Positions 25,101-36,400 of a stretch of 64,000 bases of DNA are shown here, in pieces. This DNA comes from Marsupella aquatica. Taxonomy: Eukaryota > Plantae > Marchantiophyta. Location: assembly GCA_973895155.1 (NCBI GenBank), contig OZ316892.1:9032283-9096282 (forward strand), in the 5' to 3' direction. The notes beneath the pieces are model-generated. The model ran no database searches. It was not told the origin of the DNA and worked only from the letters and a program-made list of their open reading frames with translations. The first letter of the stretch is position 1. The number at the start of each line of letters is the position of its first letter. The translations under genes were made by a program, and so were the position numbers.

Positions 25101-25834
25101 ATGGATAGCAGGGTGAAGCACATTGATATCAGGTACCATTTTATCAGGCAAGCAGTGTCTGATAAAACTTTTGAGCTAGTCAAAATTGATGGAAAGCTCA
25201 ATCCCGCTGATGCTTTTACCAAAGTGATTCCTTTGGAGAGTTTCTCAAGACACCGTGCTACTTTGCAGGTTTTGCAGTTGTAGTGCAAGTAGAGTTATTT
25301 AGCAATGTGTGACTATTTGTATATGGATTACTCATTCCTGTTTGGCTACGGCTTAGTTCTAGTTAACCCTTAGTTAACCCTTGTGGTTTTTAGGGGGAGA
25401 CCTGGTTTGGTGATTGTCTAGAACTTCCCGCTGAGGATTCCATATGGTAGCATTTAGTCCAGTCCCCAAGACAAGAGTCAAGGGGGAGTTTGTTAGATAT
25501 TGCTCTAGTCTTGTGACTCATGAGCTAACCACAGTTAGTCTAACTCGGGTTAGGACTTAGCTAATGTTAGCGGTAGTGTTGTTGTGCATATAGCCAGGGC
25601 TGATGCCAGCCCCTGGTGGAACTTAGGCTCATTGTTACGGAGCTAGTTGAGAGATAGGGAGAGCTTGTGCTGTGGATGCTTGGTATGGCCGGTCGGCCTA
25701 GAGTGCAGTAAAGCTCTTGTGTGTTCCCGTGGACGTAGCCTCATGTGGAGGTGAACCACGTATCTCTCTGTGTCGACTATTGTGCGTTGGATGGTTCATG
25801 GGCTTGCCGTTACGAATGTCGTCTATGCTCAACA
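19174..25834 (+). mobile_element. Full-length Ty1/Copia LTR retrotransposon (Copia-1, Tork-like). LTRs 19174-19517 and 25491-25834
   Basis: 344-bp LTRs differing at 1 position by eye, TSD CATCG, PBS TGGTATCAGAGC (tRNA-iMet) at 19520, PPT AGGGGGAG at 25481, and domain order GAG-PR-INT-RT-RH. Confidence 0.97.
21010..25283 (+). pseudogene. Copia-1 gag-pol, disrupted
   Basis: Zinc knuckle CWNCGKPGHMKRDC, protease WILDSAC, GAG-pre-integrase LWHFRLGH, integrase HSDVWGP/RSDNGGE, RT KARLVAKGF/YVDDML, RNase H STTEAEY/KHIDIRYH. Stops at 21385, 22063, 22897 and 24013, and a 1-nt frameshift at about 24708. Confidence 0.95.
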
Positions 25835-26685
25835 CATCGCTCATGTCCCACTTCAGAGCTCTCAGGTTGGAGAAGAATCCAGCATTGAGGACTTTCCAGA
25901 AGTCCAGTTTAACTCTAAGAGAGGTCCAGCCAGTCCACAGGTGAATCCACCGTCTTCTCCAGGTTTCAGGTGTGTCCATTGAGTGCCATCTATGGTTGAG
26001 TTGTGCAGTAGGCGTGGTGTGTTGTTGCATCATGAGAGCCCAGGTTTTAGTCTGGATGTTCCATCCTTTTTTTTCTCCTTTGGTCCTCAATGGAAAGATC
26101 TTTGTAAGCTATGAGTACTTAACATTCTACAACACATCAAAGGAAAATTGAAAGTTAAATTTTGCTGATAAAAACCTTTCAGAAGTGGGACGAGTGGGGT
26201 AATCTTTAAATTTTAGTAGTTAATATCTAATTTTGGAAGAGTAAAGAAAACTATATTGCACAGAAAGGGCCAAACAAAATACAATGAAGAGCAAACAAAA
26301 GAAATCCCAAGAGGGCAAATGCAAAAGAATCAAGCTAGTGCAAAGGTGAGAAAAGAATGAGAAAAAAGGGAAAATATGCTAACACTGCACTAGAGGGCCG
26401 GATGGACTAATGTCCACATCTAAAGTAAATGTACCTAGAGCTACTGGTCCACATCTCAATTGTTTATGAAAGTTGTTAATATTAGACTCTTTGGAAAGAT
26501 GGCTTCAACAGCTTCCAACAAACTTAAGAACAGCCTATTCCACTACATAGCAAGGGAGAAATTGAAGATAGAACTTTGGCGATTAAAATACTTTGGGTAT
26601 CAGGAAGAATGTGAGCGAGTGCCAATGGTATTTGTTTGGTGCACAAACTCAGTCCATGGGGCTTCACATTCGTCTCCATTCAGAT

Positions 26686-29600
26686 CCGGAACTAGAGCGA
26701 GCGGAGGCGAGCGGAGGCGGAGCTGTGCAGACTGGAGGCGGAGCGGCAGTCGCGCGGGCCGGGGTCGGGAGGTGCGGGGGAGCAAGTGAGTGGAGGGAGG
26801 GTCGGGCGAGCGAGGTCGAGCGCGGTGGGGGTGAGCCGGGTTGCGGGGGGCTGGGCGCTGACGCGTGGCGGAGCCAGGGTACGGCGTGCGCAGGGGCCCT
26901 TTTATGGGGGGCCTCATTATGAGGGACCCCCTGCCCCTCGGAGAGGGGCTCCTTCTGCCGGGGTGACCCTCGGATCCCTCCCCCCTTTTCCCTCCTCTTC
27001 GGGATTTTCGTGTGGGTTGTTGGCCCCGGGCTTTTCATCCTTGGTTCTCCTCTTTCGGTGCTCCTCGTTCTGCTGGCTTTGGCCCTTTGGGGGCTGTTTT
27101 TCCGGGCCCCTCGGCTCTGTTTGGCGGGGAGGTTTTGGTGCTCGGGAGCCTTCTGGGCTGCTGGTTGGATTTCTGCTCCAGCCTGGTGACCGGCCCTGGC
27201 CTGGCCTGGGGTCCGGCGCTTTTTCTCCTGGCTCTGAGCCGGGGTTGGTTTGTGACCTGGGGGAGCACGTTGTGGCGTGGCTTCTTGGTGTTCTGTTCGG
27301 AGGGGGTGCCTCCGCGACAGCTTCCTTTGCGCGAGGCTGCGACGATCCTTTTAGACGTGCGGTTGTTGTCACTACCGGGTCGAGGTTCTTTGCTTCGGTC
27401 ATCCATCCTTTGCTTTTGTTTTTGTTGTCGCTTTCGTAATATTTTCTGTTTGTTTTTGTTGGACTTGCCTACTTTATATGTTTCTTCTTCATCCCTGTTT
27501 TATATTTTCATTTTCACATGGAGCCTCTTCCCTTTCTGAGTTCCCCTTACCCCACTCCGGGCCCACCGGCTTCTCCCTACTCCACTCCTCTTTCCATTCG
27601 TCGCCCTCGTCCCTCCTCACCTCCCACTTCCCCTTCTGATCCCCGTGTCCAGTGCGATGCTTGTCATAGTTGGTACCGGCCGTCAGGTTTGACGCGCCAC
27701 CGTCGTTCCTGTCCTGCCCTTCGTGCTTCCTCCTCCACCTTGCCTCCACCCCCCGTCCTCCCCCCACCTCCATCTGGGCCCCCTCCCTCCTCTTGGGATT
27801 GGTTGGCTCACCTTGATGTCCTTGCCGCCCTCTATCCCGGTTTTCGGCATCCCCATTTGTTTACTAGGATTCCCGTGCCCGTGCGGCCTCTCCTTCAGAG
27901 AGCCTTTCGTCTTCCCTTCGACCGCTTGGCTTGCGACCCCTCAGATGTTGGGGCTTGGTCCTTGCTCCTCCTGCTCCCTCATTGGGTGCTGGTCCTTCCT
28001 CCGCGGGGGGGGCCGTCCGGGCATAGGGAGACCTTGGTCCGGTTGCAGCGGTTCCTTTCTGGGGATTGGGCTTCGCTTCATGAGGAGTATTACCATAGGT
28101 TGTTAGCGTTGGCCTCTCGGACCTCTGAGCCAGTCGAGGAGCCATCTATCCCTCCAGGGCAGCGCCGGCTTCGCCAGTGCCTTTTGTTGGGGCAGGCGGG
28201 GGAGTTTTCTCGGGCCGCTCGCTCCTTGGTCCCCCTCTCCCCCTCTCCTCCATCAGCCGAGACAGTTCTTGCCTTACGGTCTCTTCATCCCCCGGCTGCA
28301 TCCGAGGTTCCTTATTTTCTCGGGAGCTTTACCCCTGAGACCGAGTTCTCCCTATCCCGTGAGGTATTCTCCTCTGTCTTCCTTCATCTACCCCGCCTAT
28401 CCGCGGGCGGGATTTCTGGGATGAGGTTCGAGCACCTACGCGATTGCTTTTGTCCCGACGACTCGGCATCTGGTTTTTCTGAGTTGTTCCAGGTTTGTGC
28501 CCATGTCGCGGGGGGCCGTATTCCTCCCGTGGTCGCTCGGCTTTTGGGGGCCTGTCGGCTTCTGGCTATGGCCAAAGAGACTGGGGGTGTCAGGCCCTTG
28601 GCCATTGGGGAGGTCTTGTTTCGCTTGGTGAGCCGTTGTGTTTGTCTGCAAACTCGGGCTCCCTTTTCGTCACACTTTTTTCCTCACCAGTTTGGTGTGG
28701 CCACCCCTGGCGGTTGCGAGAGTGTGGTGCATGGCCTTCGTGCCATCTTGGATATCCACCCCGACTGGGCGGTTATTCAGGTGGATGTGGCTAATGCATT
28801 CAACTCTGTATCCCATCGGGTCATGTTCGAGGAGTTGCGGGCCGCTGGAGGGGAGATCGCATCCCTCATCCCCTTTGCCCGGGCCTTCTATGGGGCCCCG
28901 ACCCCCCTGGTTTACCCTGACCATCTTGTTCCTGGGTCCTATGTGACCATCTCATCCGAGTCCGGGACTAGGCAGGGTGACCCCCTTGGTGGGGCGTTGT
29001 TTGCTATGGCGCACCTTCGTGGTATTCGTGCCTCTTCGGATGCCTTCCCGGGTTGCATGTTTCCTTCTATTGCGGATGACACTCACATTGTTGCCCCGGT
29101 CTCGCTTGTTGGGGACGCCTATTCCCACTTTGTGGACCAGCTTACCCTTATTGGTCTTTCAGTCCAGCCTTGGAAGTGTGGGGTTTGGTCTCGTCTCCCC
29201 CTCCCCCACTCTTTCACCCCACCTCTTGGTATACCCATTCGGCTCGAGGGCATTAGAGTCCTTCGGGTGCCTTTCGGGGGAGCGGTCTTTGAGCAGGATT
29301 TTCTTCTTGCGGCCCTATCCCAGGACGTTTTGCATATTGACCAGTTGGCGTCCTTGGGGGATGCCCAGATCTCCTTTTTGATCTTGGTCCTTTGTTTTGT
29401 TCGGCGTCCTTCCTATCTTCTCCGGACAGTCCCTCCTACCGCGATGTTCCTGTCCTTACTCTCTTCATTTGACACCACTGTGATGAGAGTCTTTGGTCAC
29501 CTCATTGGTCCGGGAGCCCTTGATGGAGAGGATGGTTCTTTTGCGGCTAGGCAGGCTGCGTTACCCCCATCGGGTGGGGGTATGGGGGTGGCCTCGGCAG

Positions 29601-30863
29601 TGGACACTGCCCCTTGCGCATTTCTTGGTAGTTGGGCGCAGGTGGCCCCTGCCCTGGCCTCACGTTTCATTGTGGACCTTCGGCCTATCCTCTCTGACTC
29701 GGTCATGGGAGTGGAGAACGGAGCTCTCCCTTTTCAGGTCCAGCTTCGTCATGCACGGTCATTATTGCCGGAGGACGTGCAGAGCGTGGTCCCTGCTTTC
29801 GAGGGAGTTGTTTTGGACAGCCCGGATCGAGTCCAACAGGTGATTTCTGATCACATGCACCGACACACCCTTTCCAGCATGCTTTCTGAGGCACCCTCGG
29901 ATTTGGTACGGGCTCGTCTTTTATCCGGTTCGGGCGTTGGTTCGGGGGCCTGGCTATCGGCGAGTCCTCTTTGGGCCCCCTTTCGTATGAGTTCTTTTAT
30001 TTTTACCACATCCACGCGCCTTCGGTTGGGTCTTCCTCACCCTTGCCTCTTGGGTCAGCCCACTTGCGTCTGTGGTGCGCCCCTTGATGGGCAAGGCATT
30101 CACATTCTCAGGTGCGGTCATGGTAGTGAGAGGACTGCGACACACGACGACATTCGGGACGTGGTGGCGGCCATTGCCCGTGATTCTGGTTACCATGTCA
30201 TGATGGAGCAGAGACATGTGTTACCTCCACGGGATGGGGTTTCTGATCGCCGTCGTGCAGATTTGGTATTCTCTCGCGCTGGTGTTCGTGCCCTTGGGGA
30301 TGTCGTTGTTGCTGATCCGACTAGTGGGGCCAACGTGGCTTCGGCGGCTCATATACCTGGCCATGCCGCCGCGAGGGCAGCTCGGCTGAAGGAGGAGGCC
30401 TATGCTGTGCGGTACCCCGGGGACCTCTTCTACCCGTTTGCCGTGGAGGTCTTTGGGGCGCTACACCCATCCTTTGACCGTTTTCTTCGCTCTTGCGCAG
30501 TTCAGTACGTTGAGCGGAGGCCCTATCCCCCTGTGTCGGTCATCACTGCATTCTTTAGATAGAGGGTGTCTGTTGCGCTTCAGCGGGCTCAGGCGTTCAC
30601 TATTCTTCGTAGGGGGGAGACTGTTGGTCTTAGGGCCGCTAGTAGGATTCCTTTGCTTGACCCCCCCATGCAGTTCACACCGGAGCTTTACCAGGCTCTC
30701 CAGTTTGCTGATAGGTAGGCGTTTGGGTTCCTGTCTTTGGGTTTGCTTTTCTTGGCCCCTTGGTGGTTTCCCCCCTTGATTGGGTCTTTTGCCTGTGGGA
30801 TCATGTCTCCCGGGATCATGTCTCCCGGTTTGGCGCCCTCTGTTTTTTGGCAGTTTGATATAT
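26686..30863 (+). mobile_element. CRE-clade-like non-LTR retrotransposon (RT plus restriction-like endonuclease), apparently full length
   Basis: GC-rich 4.2-kb island flanked by the 8-bp direct repeat ATTCAGAT (26678-26685 and 30864-30871). It has a short (AT)n 3' end and a single large ORF. Confidence 0.8.
27518..30718 (+). CDS. Zinc finger / reverse transcriptase / CCHC / PD-(D/E)xK endonuclease polyprotein, with one premature TAG at 30560
   Basis: N-terminal CDAC..H..C finger; RT motifs VRPLAIGE, QFGV, DVANAFNSV, QGDPLGG, IADD; CVCG..HILRC; HDDIRD; RADLV..DVVV..K..FAVEVFGA. The frame continues past the TAG as RVSVALQRAQA to a stop at 30716-30718. Confidence 0.88.
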
Positions 30864-32688
30864 ATTCAGATGGGTTGTCCAAATTAAGCAATCATTTCTA
30901 GAGCTCTTGAATTGCATGTCACCTTGGGCAACGCTCTTGCTTACCTCATGATTCGTAAGCAAGTCCAGCTCTGTACTGAATACATGCTCGCCATGATTCC
31001 ATCACTCTGTTTAGCGAGTGCTTGAGCTGCTAGCAACAGAACTGCACTGCAGCTGCTGTCTCTGTCCCTGAAGCTACGTCAGGGCTGTTGTGGATTTGCT
31101 CCTTTAGCTCTCCTCTCTCGTCTGGTGGATCCGTATTCAGTAGAATGACGAGATGGCAACAGCAGGACTGTTGAACAATTGGTAAGCACTAGTCAGTCTC
31201 CTGATCGAGAATCCAGACTCGCTACCGTACTCTCTGTTCAACTGCTCTTGTGTGTCATGGTGTGCTCACTGTGCTGCTTTGTTTCTGGCCTTCTGGGGGC
31301 AGCTCGATGGCGATGGAAGAGACGTTTACGAAAGCAGCGGGTCAAAAAGTTGAGTGGTCTGTACCGGGGGACTTGAGTAGATGGTGCCGTGCTCGTGTAC
31401 GAAGGGTTACGATGAGCTGCAGGACCCACCTATGGTGACAATCGTCCACGGTAGCAACTTTGTACACTTTGGAGCGCTGTCAGGAACTTAATTAGACAAA
31501 TACGGTCTGCTCTCTCTCTAAGTGCACACTCCATAACCGCTTACCCTCGAAGTAGTAATGTTCTTCTAAGAGCACACTCCATAAGAGCTTACCTTCAAGT
31601 AGTGCAAGTCATCCTGTCCTCTCTTTTTTTAACACGGGATAAGTGCTTTTTAAGCATTTTTCCTAAGAGCACATAGGGCTAAAATCATTTTGCTAAACAG
31701 ACAACTTCATAAATGTCTACCCTTGATAACTGTCTCTACTCCCTCTTATCAATAAACGCACAAAATCATGAAATTGCTATTACTGATAAATGCATGCCCA
31801 TTCTTAGTAGAGTATGGAATGCACTTAAGGTGGGTGGGCACAGGATTAGGGCAGGGATGATCATGAACCACTAGGGTGACTACTCACTAACCAAGGGGAA
31901 CTAAATTTAACAAATGAATCTATAGGGGAATTGGCCATCAGTCGTTGAGATTCACAGTACGGTTACAGATAGATACTGTCCTTTAGATAGCCACTTGACA
32001 TCCTTTTCTCATGTTATGAAGCAAGGTCGAGTGACTGCAGTACACCTTGGCGCTAGAACATTGATTTCGCAAGCATTCGAGAAGTTGCGTACTAGTACTT
32101 GCGTTCGAGGAACTGGGCTAGTGACGATCATTCTGCTGCATCAAAGTGCTGTTTCTTTGGTACCGTGGAGTCAGCATCGTCAATCTGTATTGATGAATAG
32201 CACCCGCGTCCGTCCCACCCAGCAGACACCGAATCCAGAGTGTTGTTGCGATAACTGCATCGTCCATTTCGATAGTAAACAGGTCTCCTCACCTACTGTA
32301 GCCAATCCAACCACCTCATTTAGCTGCAGTACCTCTGCCTCCTTTTGGTCATTGATTGGCCGTTGAAAGTAACAGATAAACGACAGATCAGTCGTATTAT
32401 TTTACTACAGTGTGTCGTGAATAATTTTCCGCTAGCTGTCAAGCCACAAGTTAGCATTGTCTCCCAACCCGACCAGCCCCCACTGCCAAGTGAGAGAGAT
32501 GACAGAGCAGCGGGAGTGTGAGAGACTGGTGAGAGTCGAGAGGGCTTGACGTCCTTTCTTATGCAAAAAGCTCCACCTCACAGTAGCTCTCGACGGATCA
32601 AAGTCAAGGATGGTGGTCTTTGTTCTACTGTTGTCGGATTTTCTCAATGACATCGACTAGACTTCTATAAGATGATGGATAGGAGAGT

Positions 32689-32717
32689 AGACGAGACGAG
32701 ACGAGACGAGACGAGAC
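32689..32717. repeat. (AGACG)n microsatellite, about 6 units
   Basis: Read directly; lies upstream of the 32934 ORF. Confidence 0.9.
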
Positions 32718-32933
32718 TTCTCAGCTTACGATGAAGGCTGATCTTGAGATGATGTCTGAAGGGGAACGAAGGTCGGCAAGTTTGCAGCAGGTGCGAAGCA
32801 AATCTGTCTCCTAAGCAAATTTGAAGGTGTTGAGTAGGCCGTACTGATCAATCGGAGGGGCTGGAGGGGCAGAAGCAGGTGCAGGCAAAGCTGTCACCAG
32901 GGTGGTATTCTCCATACGGGATCAATTGCAGCC

Positions 32934-33458
32934 ATGGAGCTGGGCAAGAGATCTTGGGGAGAACATAAGCAGGGTCATGAGAGAGTGAGAGTCTCCAGAC
33001 TGCAGTTGCACAAGGGGTACATGAAGCTGGAACCCATCGGAGGTCCTGGGCAAGAGTTACCTGCTCGGAATCCATCCAGCGCTGTGAGCTTAGGGGCCCA
33101 GAACAAGCAGCAGCGGCAACAACACCAAAGAAGGAAGTGGAGATTCAGAATTAGACCCAAGGTCAGAGTCCTCTCCTCCACAATCTCCACACTGGTCCGA
33201 CGCCTTAGAGACTCATATGCTAGGGTAATGCGTGCCATGGCTGCCAGTGCTCGGGATAAGGCTCTGCATTCTATAGGGGCGTCCAAGAAGAAACCCAGGA
33301 CTGCGATCGGGAATGGCTCCTTCTTCCGCTATGGCAGCGGGGGTAGCTCCAATTTCAGAGGGGTAGAGACTGAGTACATGGATTACATCAAGAGGACTGT
33401 CACAGATGGGGAGCTGTCTTACTACATCATGTCCCTCAAGAGATCCAGCATCCTGTGA
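32934..33458 (+). CDS. Intronless plant-specific protein of unknown function, 174 aa
   Basis: ATG in good context (GCCATGG). The pattern YxKL..LG..RRKWRFRIRPKVR..LxRRLRDSYxRxM resembles an uncharacterised basic land-plant family; recognised by eye only. Confidence 0.6.
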   Translation: MELGKRSWGEHKQGHERVRVSRLQLHKGYMKLEPIGGPGQELPARNPSSAVSLGAQNKQQRQQHQRRKWRFRIRPKVRVLSSTISTLVRRLRDSYARVMRAMAASARDKALHSIGASKKKPRTAIGNGSFFRYGSGGSSNFRGVETEYMDYIKRTVTDGELSYYIMSLKRSSIL

Positions 33459-36400
33459 CATCAGTCTGAAAGCCTTTCGGTAATTCTTTGCAAGGGCATG
33501 GCCTTGAGGACCTTCACGTACCGGTGATAAATCATGCAAGAAGGGAGGAAGGCAGGTTACGTCTTACGGGCCGGATCGATCCGGGTTTCATTGCTCCAGC
33601 GGTTTAAGAGAGAGGGTTTTCTGCCTATTTGATGCATTTCGATCCATGCTCGGAATCAGACGAGGTATGGATGAAGGGACGGATGGATCGATGTGTTTGT
33701 TGTGGTATCAATCTCTCATTGTGACACAACTATCATCATCGCTAAGGCGACCTTAATTCCAGGCAATGAAGCTTCATAGAGTAGTTGATTTGTACCGTAG
33801 TGCTCATTGCAGTGAATGTGCGCTCCGTTTGGAGCTGTTGAGGATGACCATATCCGGAAACGTTAGGATGGAACCGGAAAGTGGGACGGAGCACTAGATT
33901 AGGTCCAGTAGGAAAAGTGTTCAAGATAGAATCGGCAGACGGAGCCGCGCGAGGGTGTGACAGATTGAAAGGGCCGAAATAGTGCCACCAAACGAGGCCA
34001 GCATTTTCGACAATCAAGGAATCACAAGACCGTGGCCACCGTGCAGAATTCAACATTCTGTTCTGTTTTGGATTTGTCTTGTTCGTGGCGCTGTGATTCA
34101 CAAGACGTTATGTGTGTCGGAGTTGATTTTTTGCTTGTTTGTTTGATTGTTGTGGTCGGAGTTGATTTTTGGCCATGATTATTCAGCTTTTGGGAATAGG
34201 CCTGTTGAATGGTCATTGTCAGGAGTGGATATAATGACCTCTTCTTCTTCAGTCCTGGAGGAGCCTTGGCAAAGATCGATTCCTCCATTTTTTGCCTAAG
34301 TATGATGTTTCTAACGTGTTTCATCCACGCGTTGTTTCACACGTTGAACTCTTAATTCTTTCAGGGCGTGTACTCTGGAATTGGGCTGTTGTCCGTGGCA
34401 ATCTGTTTTTGTGCTGGTAGATCTTGCTAATAATACCTTACACACATGGTCATGAGCGCTCGCTTTCATTGAGTTTATCAAGTTACATCCGATTTTATTG
34501 GAGCTGTTCATCCGCAAGCTCTTACATCGTTGGGCCATAACAATGACTTGATTTCTCCCTTAGTTCAAATGGTAAGATTAGCAGGATGGCGATTAATCAC
34601 TTCGCTAGTTTGATGAGACAATTCGAGTGAGGAGGCCCCTTTCAATTTCTTCTCTCCACAATCGGCTCCTCACACCGTCAAGGTGATGCCATTCGCTGCC
34701 AATTCCGTCAACAACACTAAAACGAAATTTCTTTGCAGCAGGAGCTCAAACGAAGACTAAAAGACATCACAATCGGTCTTACTAGACCCTTTCCCACTAG
34801 CAATCTTCAATTGTGAATTGCATGATTGAAGCGTTAACGAAGTAGTTGGAGTCCTCATGTGCAACATTGATTTGATTCCCTCTAGTCTCCAAGTGACAAT
34901 TAATTTGGAGTGAGTGAGGACATAACTTTGACTACTTTACACATTCCTTGAGAATGTTGCGTCATCAAATATGCTCAACTGTAAGTCAGTACAAGATTGG
35001 TTTTAAAGCTACATTTAAAGTGAGATTCGTCCTGTCTGTACTGTACTGTCTGCTGTACTGTCTGCCAGTGCAGAAGTGCATGACTCCAGTGCTGTAGTCA
35101 AGGTTGTGCCGTGCGTGTGGATGTGAAAGTGCTGTGTGCCACTGTGTGGGGCAGAATGCAGGTCTAGCATCATGGATACAAACGTTTGGGGTCAAAGCTT
35201 TAGCACATCAAAATATGACATATAGGGTGTAGGAATCATTCCATAATAAATCTAGTTATTTTCTTTAAATATTTATTTTCTTTAAATAAATGAGGGTACA
35301 CCATATATTAACACATTTTGATGTGTTATTACCTGCAAGGAAAGCTTTTTGCAGAGAGGTCATGCATACTTCTTCCACATCATGCACTTCATTTATATAC
35401 TTTTTGTTCTCCAATGAGAAAGGCCAGAACAACTTGCAGTGTAGTAAAGGCAAAAGAGATATTCAAAAAGGTCATGCATACTTCTTCCACATTATAAATT
35501 TAATGGATAAATTTTACTTTTTTGTTCTCCAACTAGGAAAAAATGATCAATTTACTAGGGCCCAACAAAGTACAATGGAGTAAAGGCAAAAAGGTCCTAA
35601 ACACTGAACTTGAAAGAAGAGGGCAACATGCAAATCCCCAAAATCTTTTAAGAAATATGAAATAAAGATCTACCATTGCAATAGTGAGATGATCTAATGG
35701 TTCACCTAGAGTATTGTAACTATGTGTGCACAAGAAGATTGAAGTCCTTGAAGGTGCCAAGCCTCTATTGAGGCACACAAGTTTCCACTGTTAGAGATTT
35801 AAGCTTGAGCATGTTGTAACATCATCAAAATTTGTTAAGGAAATGCAATGTCAAAATAGATAGTGGTGATCTAGTGGAATCAAGCTGGCTGTCAAAGGAG
35901 CTCATCAAAGTGATGATTCAAGTCTCCAAAATATATCAATGGCAAGGGGCAGGAACCTATTTGATGATGTAGGTGCTGCATGTTTCTCCTGTTTTTGTCA
36001 TTGTCGCCAAGTGGTTGTTGCCCTTGCCTGCAATGCCACTATTCTAGTGGTGTCATGGCACTACGGTTGGTTGTGACAATATCAGCCAAGGTATGTCTAC
36101 CATCTTGTACCATGATAAGATCAACATGTAATCTATTTAATGGAGGACCAAACAAATCAAACACCACATTTTACCTCACCTGCACCAAAGTCCCATGGAA
36201 GAAAATGGACCCCTATGTCATCATGAGGTTTCCCACATGCATAGGTAATATATAAGCCCACAAGAAATGGTTGTGGTAAGTCCATACAGAATGAATGGTT
36301 ATGGGGAACTACTCTGAATTTTCTTCTCCAACATTGAATTGTACTGTTAAGTAAAAGAAACCAAAATATTTGCACTTAATTTTGGGTCAAAGCTTGTCGC

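Larger units (their letters stand above)
18232..26085 (-). mobile_element. 5'-truncated L1-type LINE (about 1.2 kb: 26085-25840 plus 19173-18232), split by the Copia insertion
   Basis: 14-bp TSD CTCAATGGAAAGAT at 18218-18231 and 26086-26099, and a poly(A) tail (T run to 18241). Removing the Copia restores a zf-RVT-like frame: WRRRWIHLW..KLDFWKVLNAGF..WDMSD/GHCTACQGNIETIKHMLYECP..IWTER. Confidence 0.85.

Noticed and set aside
26460-27773. Several overlapping 100-217 aa ORFs as an ORF1 of the CRE element
   Set aside because: Low-complexity products in multiple frames on both strands are expected from GC-rich, A-poor sequence; no motif found.
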